Position numbers and translations under genes: made by a program
Part shown: positions 27,811 through 39,364 of the stretch, in pieces
Position numbering within the stretch: the first letter of the stretch is position 1
Layout of the letters: each line of letters opens with the position of its first letter
Origin: Podarcis cretensis
Lineage: Eukaryota
Length of the DNA: 64,000 bases
Direction of reading: 5' to 3'
Assembly: GCA_951804945.1 (NCBI GenBank)
Contig: OX638153.1
Location: 45,198,001 to 45,262,000, forward strand
Notes under the pieces: generated by a model
What the model was told of the DNA's origin: nothing
The model's input: only the letters and a program-made list of their open reading frames with translations
Database searches by the model: none

Positions 27811-28662
27811 CTTCAGAAAAAGAACACAACACTTAGGACATGATTAAAATCAGATTAGTGACCACAACTTTTTTTAAAAAAGGGGTGCCCTGCAACATTT
27901 AAAGTGCTCCAGGAAGACTGTCTTAGGAAAGTGGATTTTTTAAAGGGACTATCTAAAGCAGTGCATAAATATCCTACTTTTTTCCTTCCTATAAATTAAA
28001 TTTTATGTAACTGCCAGCTCTGTGTTTTACAAACACAAGGTATTGGAACTTTTAAGAATGCACACCCCACCATTAGGCAGGCAGAAAATAAGAATAAATA
28101 AAAGTCCTATGCTTTCAGCTACTTTCAACTTTGCAGTCTTCTTTTAATAAGCATACAAATGAAATGGTTAAATATTATTAAGGGGTCTTGTAGCCCTTTT
28201 TAGGCTTTCAAATTTTCACTTTCTAATTACAAAGAGAAAGAGACGGAGACAGAGACAAAGAGACAGACGGAGGGAGAAACTTATAGAGATCCATAACTCA
28301 CACCAGCAGAACATTCGACCATACTGTTTTGCCTGTTATTTCCGGTTGGGAAGCCTTAGCTTTTCCTCAAAAGCTTTACTAATACATCTGTTTAAAAACA
28401 ACAACACCAACACCACACACCCCCCAACACCAACCACTCTCACAAACCAATTTCAGAAAGGCAACACTAAGTTGGCACACAAGGCTTCTCATGCCTGTTA
28501 ATCAAACTACTGCAATCTGTTTTCAAATGTCTTTGCAACTGCTACATATCAGCTATAGGCTCTCTACCATATAGATTCTCCAGAGAGGCTTTTTTTTTTT
28601 TCCTTTTCCTTTTCTGTTGATGCAGTGTCTCACTGAACACTGAACTGCTTAGTGTTTCTTAC

Positions 28663-28892
28663 CTCTTGAGCAGACAGGAAGTGAATGTGCAGCAGCTTCC
28701 TTTCACTGTCGACCAATGGTAAAAAAGTAATAGTAACATCATCATCAGTGTTCAAGTTAGCACCAGCACCTCGGTTGCCATAGCCATCATTCTCCATGGC
28801 AACCAAAGCAGAAAAATGGCCCCTTGTGTAGCCCAGAGCAATAGGGCTTTTCCAACAAAAACTCTGTTCCCATAACAAAGGCAAATATACAC
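28663..28892 (-). CDS. ZRANB1: ZRANB1 coding exon 8 (GVYLPLLWEQSFCWKSPIALGYTRGHFSALV...FLSAQE), catalytic His, 230 nt
   Basis: Acceptor ttgtag| and donor GAG|gtaaga; GHFSAL His-box. Confidence 0.97.
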
Positions 28893-29153
28893 CTACAAAG
28901 AAGGAGGAGTGATGAAAGGGGTTAAATCAATGGAACACTGCACATTAATTATGCTGATGGGGAAAAAATAATCTGAAAGCATGACATAAACCACATTTAC
29001 AATGTACATCTCAATATGTCTTTTAATACATTGTGATACTGGTTTCAAATTTAGGAAGCTGACTCATTTAAATTGGTGGTTATAAAATATATTTTACTGT
29101 GGACCACAGAGTAAAATATAATACACAATACTGTCTTCCTAAAGTTGGCAATT

Positions 29154-29534
29154 GGGGGACGCAGGTGGCGCTGTGGGTAAAAGCCTCAGTGCCTAGGGCT
29201 TGCCGATCGAAAGGTCGGCGGTTCGAATCCCTGCGGCGGGGTGCGCTCCCGTCATTCGGTCCCAGCGCCTGCCAACCTAGCAGTTCGAAAGCACCCCCGG
29301 GTGCAAGTAGATAAATAGGGACCGCTTACAAGCGGGAAGGTAAACAGCGTTTCCGTGTGCGGCTCTGGCTCTGGCTTTGGCTCTGGCCAGAGCAGCGATG
29401 CCACGCTGGCCACGTGACCCGGAAGTGTCTCCGGACAGCGCTGGCCCCCGGCCTCTTGAGTGAGATGGGCACACCAACCCCAGAGTCTGGCAAGACTGGC
29501 CCTTATGGGCAGGGGTACCTTTACCTTTACCTTT
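29154..29534 (+). mobile_element. Full-length Sauria-type SINE (tRNA head, Bov-B-like (ACCTTT)n tail)
   Basis: A box TGGCGCTGTGG, B box GTTCGAATCC, tail ACCTTTACCTTTACCTTT; perfect 13-bp TSD AAAGTTGGCAATT at 29141-53 and 29535-47. Confidence 0.92.
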
Positions 29535-30047
29535 AAAGTTGGCAATTAAAAGACTGCCAGCATCGTGAGCTCCAGTAACAACTCCCAAGAGGCAATCTAA
29601 TATTCTATGCAAGCTTTTTTTCAATGATAAACCCATGAGCATGAACTTAAAATACAAACTGTCCTGTGTAATTGAAGAAGTGGAAGCCATATTTGACTCG
29701 GTGTCCATTAATCTAGTCCCCACAGCCTCTCATTACATATAACTGAATCTCCCCCTGACAGTCTTCTAGCACATCAGAAGTTATTCATAGATGCTTCATC
29801 AAAACAACTAAACTAGGAACGTGACCTGCCTTGAGAGGGTTTAAAAATAGCAGTGAGTAATCCAAGTACATATGTAGCATAGCAACCTTTCATAGAAAAA
29901 ACTCTGCCCGGTGCATTTGCACATGAGATTGCCCTCAGCATGTCTCCTGACAGAGCAATGGCTCTCCTGCACTCACTTAACATAATTCCTGTTTTGTGTC
30001 CTCTTAAGAAAAGTAGGTGGCAATGCATTTAAATTGTATGGCAGTTA

Positions 30048-30817
30048 CCGTATTTTTCGCCCCATAGGACGCACTTTTTCCCCTCCAAAAATGAAGGGGA
30101 AATGTGGGTGCGTCCTATGGGGCGAATACAGGCTTTCGCTGAAGCCCGGGGAGCTCTGCGCAACCCTCCGGAGCCCGGTGCCAAGCCGCGCTGGCCTCCG
30201 GAGGGTTGCGCAGAGCTGCCTGCCCTGCCGGGGTCCGCGCAGCTGTGCACATTGCTCCAGAGCCCGGCGCCAAGCCGCGCTGGCCTCCGAAGGGTCGCGC
30301 AGAGCTGCCTGCGCTCCCGGGCTCCGTGCAGCTCTGCGCGATGCTCCGGAGGCCGGCGCCAAGCTGCGCCGGCCTCCGGAGTGTCGCAGAGAGCTGCTTG
30401 CCCTCCCGGGGTCCGCGCAGCTTTGCATGACCCTCCGGAGCCCGGCGCCAAGCCGCGCTGGCCTCCGAAGGGTCGCGCAGAGCTGCCTGCCCTCCCGGGG
30501 TCCGCGCAGCTCTGCGCGACCCTCCGGAGCCCGGCGCCAAGCTGCGCCGGGCTCCGGAGGGTTGCACAGAGCTGCCTGCATTGGGAAGCCTCAGCGCACC
30601 CGGGCTTCGCACAGCTGTCCGCAATCCTGGGGAGACCGGCGCGGCTCCCTAGGCTTGCGGATAGCAGGCTCCTCTGGGGGCTGGGGTCGGGGGAAGCTCG
30701 GGCTTCCCCTGCGCCAGCCCCGTGCCTGGGGGGGAAATAAATTTTTTCTTTATTTCCTCCCCCAAAAAACTAGGTGCGTCCTATAGGGCGGTGCGTCCTA
30801 TGGGGCGAAAAATACGG
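30048..30817. mobile_element. Non-autonomous Tc1/mariner-pogo (Tc2-like, CCGTA termini) MITE with an internal GC-rich palindromic minisatellite
   Basis: Perfect 27-bp TIR CCGTATTTTTCGCCCCATAGGACGCAC; TA at 30046-47 and 30818-19; additional subterminal TIR copies. Confidence 0.93.
30152..30580. repeat. 89-bp-period tandem repeat, about 4.8 copies, each unit an internal inverted repeat
   Basis: The anchor CCAAG recurs at 30181, 30270, 30359, 30448 and 30537. Confidence 0.95.
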
Positions 30818-31394
30818 TAAGTATTATGGTATCATGCACTCAACCTATCTGTAGCCAAAGTTATACTCACTTACATGGACTGACTTCATATTGCGACTGC
30901 TGTACTGGGGAAGGAGCATTTACACACACACAATTTGGATCCACAACAGACCCTTGTTATCAGACTCTTGCCTGACTAGCCCCAAGGATCCAAGTGCAAA
31001 CACACTGCTGCAGTGGAGCACACACATGTAGCAGGCAGAGCACTGTAGCAAAATACCATGTTATACCATGCCTTCCCTATCTGCCTCTCTCCCATTACAG
31101 AAAGCACCCAAGAATGGAAGAAGCTACAGCATCATTAGAGAGAAAAAGATCAAGTAATGACTCTAGCCTCCATAACTGATCTCTGAAAGCTGTTGGGACT
31201 TTCAGTGCTTTGTCACTTTAAGGCAAGAAGGCAAAGAGGACCCCTTGAAAACAGCCACATTAGCAGAGTGCTCTTAAGAAGGTTGGTAGAGCACTGCTGA
31301 ATCTACTCTCTGTCAAATCTAAAATAGAAAAATGTGAACACTCAGGATGTAAGCAATCCTTTCTATAACAAACATTAATGTAAGTCACACTTAC

Positions 31395-31524
31395 CTTGAA
31401 AACGGGTATATCCTAAAGTTTCTCCTCGGAAACTCTTATAATATTTTACTCCATAAACTATAATTGGTCTTCTAAGAATATGTGCAAGTACAAAAATGTG
31501 TGTCTGTTCCAAACTTGCTCCAGG
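31395..31524 (-). CDS. ZRANB1: ZRANB1 coding exon 7 (PGASLEQTHIFVLAHILRRPIIVYG...YTRFQG), 130 nt
   Basis: Acceptor atacag| and donor AAG|gtaagt; A20-family HIFVLAHILRRPIIV motif. Confidence 0.97.
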
Positions 31525-31848
31525 CTGTATCAAAGAGAACAACACTTGAAATAAAAATGATATCTATCACATGAGACAGACCAATTGACTGAGCCTTTGA
31601 TTTCAGCAAAATCATCATGTAACTGAAGTCATGAACATTGTTCGGATGTTAATTACATATCAATTATTTTTGGAATTGTTTGCATTTTGAAAGCTATAAT
31701 TATCCAGTAAGTATATGCAAGAATCATTGGGTTAGTGCTTAAATTATCATGGGGGAGGGGCCAAAATAAATCCACAAGATTCAGCTACCAATTCTGTCTA
31801 CTTTTAGTCAGATTTCCCCTGTAGCCTTCTAGGAACAATAGCTAAGAG

Positions 31849-32135
31849 CGGGGGTAGGCAACCTAAGGCCCATGGGCCACAAGCGGCTCACAGGGGTCAT
31901 TTAACCGGCCCACGAGCCGCCCCTGAACCAAGCTGCCCGCGTGCTGTGCTAAACCGGTGTAGTGTGGCGACTCGCTTCTGTGGTGCCGAAAATCTTGTCT
32001 GCGCATGCTCAGACGCCAAAAATCGCATCTGCACAGGCGGCGGAAATCGCGGCCGCGCACGCTCACAATCCGGCCCACAGAGGGATCTCCGCTGGAGTGA
32101 ATCAGCCCAGGCAAGGTAAACCTTGCCGACCCCTG
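31849..32135. mobile_element. hAT (Charlie-like) MITE
   Basis: CGGGGGTAGGCAAC...TTGCCGACCCCTG termini; TSD GCTAAGAG / GCTAAGAA. Confidence 0.85.
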
Positions 32136-32895
32136 GCTAAGAAGGTAAAAGTAACAAACAAGGACATGTTTCTTCAGGCACCCTTATATTTTTAGCCTTG
32201 CCCAAAAGCATCACTTTACCTGAAATTTCTGTGTACTAATTACTATACAAGACTGTATTTTCAATAGAGAAGAAATTTTAACATTATAGTAAAATGTGAC
32301 CAATGCATTATGAAATCTCATATGCTTCTTCAGTACCACAGTGGCAATTACAATAAAGCAGAATAAGGGCTTCTATTCTGGAGGTGCTACTCATTTGCCT
32401 TTTACTTCATGTCACATTTGTTATATTGTGTGACCTAAAAGTACTCAGAATGAAAAATTCTAAATGATCATTTGTGCATAAGACACTGTACCTCTGAATT
32501 TCAGTCACTGGGAAACAACAGCAGAAGAGAGATACTTGCCCTCAAGTCCCACCTTTAGGCTCTCCATAGGCATTTGATTGGCCACTGTGGAAAATAAGAT
32601 GCTAGAGCAAGATAGGCCTTAAGAAGAGTCCTACTAGATCAGACCAAAGGCCAACTCAGTCCAACATCATATTCTTACAGCAGACAAAAACTTTGGCAAA
32701 ATATACCCAAACAGGATGGAAAACAATCCGAAGTGGTCCTGCCACATCCAAGCCATCGGTAACTTTTAAACTGAGAATATGTCGGCGAAGAACAGAAGTA
32801 CATAAATACTAACCGTAAGATTCAAATAAATAGGAGCTGTGAACATAAAATGCAAGTAACTTTTAACTGTGCTTCCCCATGCTTTTTTTTAACAC

Positions 32896-32897
<2 letters not shown>

Positions 32898-32943
<46 letters not shown>
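32898..32943 (+). repeat. (AC)23 microsatellite = (GT)23 on the ZRANB1 sense strand
   Basis: Directly visible; starts at +10 of the exon 6 donor. Confidence 0.95.
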
Positions 32944-32946
<3 letters not shown>

Positions 32947-32952
32947 TCTTAC

Positions 32953-33073
32953 CTGACTAGCAAGCGAAAGTATAAATGCCCAGTCTTCCTGCCACTGTTC
33001 TTCTCGCAGTGAGAAGTGTAAACCAAAGCTTTGGGAGTACCATGACTCCCATTCTTTCCATCGGGTATAGAAC
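32953..33073 (-). CDS. ZRANB1: ZRANB1 coding exon 6 (FYTRWKEWESWYSQSFG...ILSLASQ), 121 nt
   Basis: Acceptor ttgtag| and donor CAG|gtaaga. Confidence 0.97.
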
Positions 33074-34719
33074 CTACAAAAATAGCATAAAAGGACTCAA
33101 GATGCATTTTCATAATTCAAGATCGTACCGAACTATGCAAGCTTTCACTGAAAGTGGATTTCTTCAGATTCAAACACAATACTTTTCTTGCTACTTCAGC
33201 CAGGTATTTTACAGGAGGAGAGAAGTTGAATAAAAAATTGGACAATAAATGCCAAATTCTGAGAAATATATATATAGTATTTGGTTGAAACATATCTCAT
33301 TTAGCATCTCTTGACTGAATTCTGAATTAGTACAAGGTTTTTTTCCCCTGTTCACATTGGATAACCCAGTATGAGCAACTGCTGGAACCTGGGAGTTAGC
33401 ATCCCCTGAGTGGGAAGCAATGGACATGGTATGTCTGCGATGCCCCAGGTAAGAGATGGGGTGGAATGCCTGTGAAAGGAGTTCAACTGGAGATTAATTG
33501 TTGTGATGTGTCTTTCTTAGTGTGTGGTGGCTGTAATAGGCCTATGGCTGGGTTCTTTGTCTGGCTGAGCATCTGTGACCATCTTCAAGAGAGTGGATTG
33601 TAGGCAGAATGTACCAGGAGTGAGTAGGTGCAAGAAATCTTGAAGAGTGCAGCAGAACTACCTATCTCAGTGTTCAATGGGAGAAGGCATGGCTGAAGGA
33701 GGAGGACAGTAATGACACATGAAAGAGACATTGTTGATCCAAGACCTAGCCTAGATAAGTAGAACTCATAGCAGTGGTAGGTGATGCCTTTACAAACTGG
33801 GGTAATGCATAGCCACTGACTCCAAAGCAATTCTGACACCAACTTTCATCAGTGCTACCTACTCCATCCATAAAAGTTTCTATTAATCATTATAACTTAC
33901 TGTAATTTCCATGGTCAGAATAGGTATAGCTATGCATGGGAGTTGCTAAAGGAAACAGTAACACACTGTTGCCCTCATAAGGGTGATCTGGCTGATCATG
34001 GCTGGAATCAGCGCCACACCAGATTGAGAACCAAGGCCACAAACCAAGATAAAAGTGAGGTCTGAGTCTCAGCTACTAAACATCCAAAACTATTACCTCC
34101 CCAAATCATTTCCCAGTTCCAGATGCCCCGTTAACTGATTAAACCAGTCCCAATTAATTTTCCTCTCCTATTGACTTTAGGATGTTCACACTTCAAGAGA
34201 AGTAGTTTGGCATGCTGTACAAAGAATCACCTCCAATCCATAGTGAAGTTGTAGTCTGCAGCTCTATGGTAATCAATAAACCAGATTCAAAGTTCACATA
34301 ATGAAAAGATTTTGCACAGCAATTCTAGTTAAGGAAGTGATATGGTTTGGAACTATGTCAACAGAGGTTTGTGACATTTTCCAGAGCCCCAGATATTTAT
34401 GAGGACAGTCACAAGCAGCAAAGATGACATGATTACTTCAGTAACAACTTTATATAAATTGCATTGGACAAAAGCCATTTTGAACTGATTGATCAATTAT
34501 ACTACTTTAATGGTACACAACACAGACTTTTTCTCCATAGATGCCAGAAAGGCAATTTTGTGTAAGATTCCAAGCCACTGAAGCAGAAATCCTCCAAATT
34601 CCTTCCTCCATCCTATGACAGCAGCAGGTATCCAGGTAGTCTTAACAAAGAAGCTTGCATTTTTCAAGATAAGACATCTGAATAAGCTGTGTTCATTTCC
34701 GTTCTTGATTTCTACTTAC

Positions 34720-34918
34720 CAATGAGAACAATCATGTAAACTGTCATGAAGCGCTTTACGTAGCACCGAGTCCTTATCATAAATGCCCCATGTAGCTTGT
34801 AGTACTGAATCAAGCAGGCAGTCCCCTGCAGTCCGATTCCAAAGTGCATAAAGTCTACTGTCCAAACGCGTACCCAATTCCAGTGACCAGTTTATAATGG
34901 GAGATTCTTCTTCAAGTT
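34720..34918 (-). CDS. ZRANB1: ZRANB1 coding exon 5 (ELEEESPIINWSLELG...WNRTAGDCLLDS...DCSHW), OTU catalytic Cys, 199 nt
   Basis: Acceptor ttctag| and donor TG|gtaagt; AGDCLL Cys-box of A20-like OTU deubiquitinases. Confidence 0.97.
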
Positions 34919-35491
34919 CTAGAAGATAACAAGCAACACAATGTTAATCATCCTAAATCCTACAAAAAATACCTGTTGCATTTCAAGATACTAGTGTACA
35001 TGCTTTTGAAATTCTAGAATGATTAGCAGAATACAGCAATGAAGTTCCTTTCATAATTGTGAATGCAGTTATGGTGGCGTGCATGCAAATGTACAACTCA
35101 GTTATGACTGAGTATCATAGTACAGACTTTCATATATTTCTATTAATACTCCATAAAACCTAACAACTGACACTTCAGTTTTCTCAGGGCAGGCTATCAA
35201 AAACAATAAGGAATCTATGAATAACTTGCACACCACTGTACATTTCAACAGAAATCTGTAAGTGGTTCACATATCTTAACATGAATATATCATTTTTGTA
35301 TTCCATTCATAATACTACTGCTAATAATATTAATAATGATAAATTCCACTTTAAGTAACATAATTAAGCAACAATAAGCATCTCACCATGTATATAGTAA
35401 AATAAAATAGCAAATATTATGCAGAACATCAAGATACAATATCCAATGCAACATAATATAAAACCTTGCATAACAGAGATACCATATTTAC

Positions 35492-35563
35492 CTTTTTGAA
35501 CATCTCTATCAAGTACTTCATCAAATAATTTCTCTTGGACTGTTGGTGGCAAGTCTTCAATAT
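35492..35563 (-). CDS. ZRANB1: ZRANB1 coding exon 4 (DIEDLPPTVQEKLFDEVLDRDVQK), 72 nt
   Basis: Acceptor ttgcag| and donor AAG|gtaaat. Confidence 0.96.
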
Positions 35564-36375
35564 CTGCAAAACCAAGAATGAGCATGACAAATGACTGAAC
35601 TCTAGAATCCACATATTCCATATGAACAGCTATTCACATGACAATCACACCAAGTGAAACAGTCCTTTAGTTCCAAGAAAGAGGACAAACCAGCGCAAGT
35701 ACACTATGTGAAATACTTTATAATTTCTCTATATGAAATTATGGCTCCAATCTCAACTAATCCTAAATATGCTCCCCACACTCAAAAACAGGACAAAAAA
35801 AGTTTCATTTCGAAGCCCACTTAGAACATTGCGCCCCACTGTGTCCCTAATACCAGGAGATCAATGAGGTCCAGCACTTCCACCATGCCACACTTCCACC
35901 ATGCTAAAGAAACTTACCTGGGAGTTACAGTGGGGAGGTGGCTTACAGGACAGAGTTTCTTCATTGGGTCCTAGTAAACTGCTCCAGCAGCAGCCCAGAT
36001 GCCAGAAACCTTGACAAAAGTATTTCCCAGAGCTCCTCACATCCCTATCAAAATGCATCAGGCATACATTTCACAGGAATGCCACCTCTGGATGACACCA
36101 GAGCAGCATATTAGGGTTGAATGGAGGGCACACAACAAAACTTCTCCATTGCTGCTGTCACCTGGCAAGTTTTGATGATAAAGTTTTGATGTTGCCAACT
36201 GCAACGTTCCTCACTGGTGTAGGATATGTTAAAATTGGAACTTAAAATGCCTAAATGTTCTTAAGGCTACAATCCTGCATAATCATCTACATACCAATCA
36301 TATTGCTTTCACCATCCAGAATAAAATATGTATTGGGTATACAAGTGAGGCAGCCAATGCGTGTAGCTGAGTGCA

Positions 36376-37141
36376 GGGAGAGCTGTAGCTCAGTGGTAGA
36401 GCATCTCCAGGAGAGCCTCTGCCAGACAGTGCAAACTAAGGTTTACCAGATTTTTTTCAATGAATCTGGGGACAACAGAGGGTTGTCTGCCTTGACCTCA
36501 ACCGCCACATTTTCCCTTCCTCCGAGACTTCTATCTGCTTTGTCCATGAGCCTGGGCAACCCTTGAGTTGTTGGTTCTTCAGTGGTGGTGGTGGTGAAGC
36601 AGTGCGCAGTGGGTCAGGCATGGAAAGCGGAGAAGGAGGGCCAAGAGCCGCGGCGGTGAGGCCATCGGAGCATCCCCAATCCCATTCTTACTTGCATGCA
36701 AGCAGGAGGGGGTGGGGATCCCTCAGCTGAGAAGGGAGAGATCCCCGCCCCGTTCCTGCTTGCACATAAGTAGGAGTTGGGAGGCTGCTCCGATAGGCAG
36801 CATGAAGCCTCCCTTCACAGCTTAGTTGCTGGGGTCAGGAAGGTGGAGGCAGCCCAGAAGCTGCATCTTAGAGCCCCTGCACCACCATCATATGGGGACC
36901 TTCGAGCAGCTCCTGAAGCCAGCCAGAGCCAACTGCTCCAGGCTGCTGAGACTGCCGCTGCTGCGTTTCCCGGGGACATTAGATGAAATCCGGGGACATT
37001 CCGGGGATGGAATTTGTTCGAGGACTTATTCACAAATCCAGGGATTGTCCCTGGGAAACGGGGACATCTGGTAACCCTAGTGTAAACAACATTGAGCTAG
37101 GTGCACCAGTAGTCTGACTTGTCTAAGACAGCTTCATATGT
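36376..37141 (+). mobile_element. tRNA-derived SINE (related to 8104) split by a hAT insertion at 36437-37079
   Basis: Head GAGCTGTAGCTCAGTGGTAGAGCATCT at 36380; body resumes at 37080 (GTGTAAACAACATTGAGCTAG...AAGACAGCTTCATATGT). Confidence 0.75.
36437..37079. mobile_element. Non-autonomous hAT element (Blackjack/Ac-like TAGGGTTACCAGA termini), copy A
   Basis: TIRs TAAGGTTTACCAGAT / ATCTGGTAACCCTA; 8-bp TSD GTGCAAAC / GTGTAAAC. Confidence 0.85.
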
Positions 37142-38548
37142 CTGATTAGGGTGCCTTCAATGGAAAAAAAATCAAGCTCATACGTCTCCCACACAGCTAT
37201 GCATCTCTGTGTAGGAAATTTAATATAGGAAATGCAATATATTTTATCAGTTCTGTGTTGCACTGGCATCTTCAAACAAAACAAAATTAGGAAAAGAAGA
37301 CTGAAGTTTCTCAGCTGTTAGAGCTCTACGCTATATCTTCAAGTAACACCATCCATGTTTCCTTCCCTATCTCATCCCACCTACCAAAATAGATATACTA
37401 AATGTAATTATTTTCACTTACTAGAGCAGTCAGACTGTTTTGCATTACATGATCTAGTGAATCAGAACAAATTAAGTACAACACGTACAGTTGGAGAAAA
37501 GGAATGTTTCTGTTTTTAGAACAGCTATGGCCGTTTTCCTCTTTAAAATACTATCTTTAGCATCAAGCAATTCTCTGCAGTAACAGAAACACAGGGATTC
37601 TGTGTTTATGAGGGCACTACTCACGTACAATTGCTACAAAAATAGTTTCAAAGCAGAAATGGTCCCTACATACTGGAGAGTTTCCTCAAGTTATACAAGT
37701 GACTGCTTTTTCTTTTCTTTTTTTTAAGTCCAAGTTCTGCAAAAATATTCAGAAACTGGTGGGAGAAAGGAACCATACTTCACTTAAATGTTGGCACCAT
37801 TGGAAATATACAGATGCCAACTCTCAGCTATCTGGTCACCTCAGTTAGGAGTTCAGGCTGAAGGGAAACAAACAGTAATTAGCTATCCTTTGAGTCTGGG
37901 ACCCAGAGTGCGGGGAGGCCTCAGGGCCTTTGAGGCATACTGAGCCCAATTTCTTCTCTCTTTTTTCCGGTCGGTGTGCAATGGAGCCAAATGGGACACA
38001 GAGAACTGTACCCATCACATGCTGATGCTATTGTGAGGGCTTTCAGAAACTCACATACTCCCAACTTTTGCCACAATGGCTCCTGTCATACGGACTAAAC
38101 TATCATCACATTCATTTCTATGTTGGAGCTGCACTACTTCACTGAGCAAAGGGGCTTCAACACCTGCTCCAACAGACCCTTATGGAGAAGTAGGTTTCCC
38201 AGAGCAGATCTCCCTAGTAAGCTAAGGAACACAGACATAAATATTTTGTCTCTGGCTCCAGTCATCATTAGCTGCAGCTTTGCCCACTGCTGGTATGCAT
38301 CCCTCAACAGACAAAAGGTTGCCCGCCCTTGTACTATACCAACTGTGCAATCGCAACTGAATGCTCTTCAGAACTCAGCAATCTCTTTGCTGTGCAGCAG
38401 AAGAATGAAGTCAGCAGCAGAATTCTGGTTATTTTACAGCTACAGTGATTTCAGGCAGGTGTACATTATCAGAATTTAAAATACTTCCATGACCAAGGTA
38501 TTTACTAACAAAACAGTTTGAATCTAAGACTATAATAGAGGCCTAAAG

Positions 38549-39088
38549 TATGGTTACCAGATGTCCCCATTTCCCAGGGACAGTCCCCGGATTTAAAAAT
38601 CTGTCCCCCGACAAAATCCGTCCCCAGAATGCCCCCAGATTTCATTTCATGTCCCTGGATTTATATTTTAAGTGTTATAGATTTCTTATTAGAGAATGAA
38701 TGTTGTGTGATTGGTTCAACAGCACAAGACACATCATATGGAGACTTCCAGCGAGGCAAAATGGCGGGCACCATGGCAGCAAGCAGCTCCTGAAGCCAGC
38801 CAGAGCCAAGTGTGCTAGCAGGCTGGCTCCAGGCTGCTGAGACTGCTGCTGCCACTGCCAAGGGGGAACCGGGGACACCTGGCACATCAACTGGGGGAAC
38901 CGCTAACCCCCCTCCCCCAAAAAATCAAAATCGAGCCAGAAACGAGAGCACCCAGCCACCCGGCCAACTGCCCACAGAAGAGAAGATATTACTTTTATTT
39001 AAAAAACAAAAACAAAAACTTTTTTTTAATAACTTTTTTTCTCTTTTCAAAAAAATCTGGATTCTTTGGAAAAAATCTGGTAACCTTA
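38549..39088. mobile_element. Non-autonomous hAT element, copy B, ends inverted relative to copy A
   Basis: TIRs TATGGTTACCAGAT / ATCTGGTAACCTTA; 8-bp TSD GCCTAAAG / GCCGAAAG. Confidence 0.85.
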
Positions 39089-39364
39089 GCCGAAAGAGTA
39101 TTTTATTATGCAAACACAGGAATGAGTCTCAATGTAATTTCAATGTTAATATAAAGGAACTGTGACAACAGTCTTTCTCCTGAAGTTTCCTCTCCTTTGA
39201 AATTTACTCCATGTGTAGGCAAGAAGCTTAATGAATGAAGATTTTTCAAAACCTACAGCACTTCTGTTTAGGAAGTATAAGTAGTAGTCAGAAGTGGGCA
39301 ATTTCATACACCCATTTATCTGCTAAGGACAAGTTACCAGATAAAAGAAGCACCTCATAATTAC

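Noticed and set aside
30152-30580. CRISPR-like appearance (regularly spaced palindromes)
   Set aside because: The linkers are near-identical rather than unique spacers, there are no cas genes, and the array lies inside a TIR element in a vertebrate intron.
30029-30786. Five overlapping long ORFs (140-250 aa) on both strands
   Set aside because: They arise from a GC-rich 89-bp repeat that lacks stop codons; the same peptides cycle through the frames; no transposase motifs.
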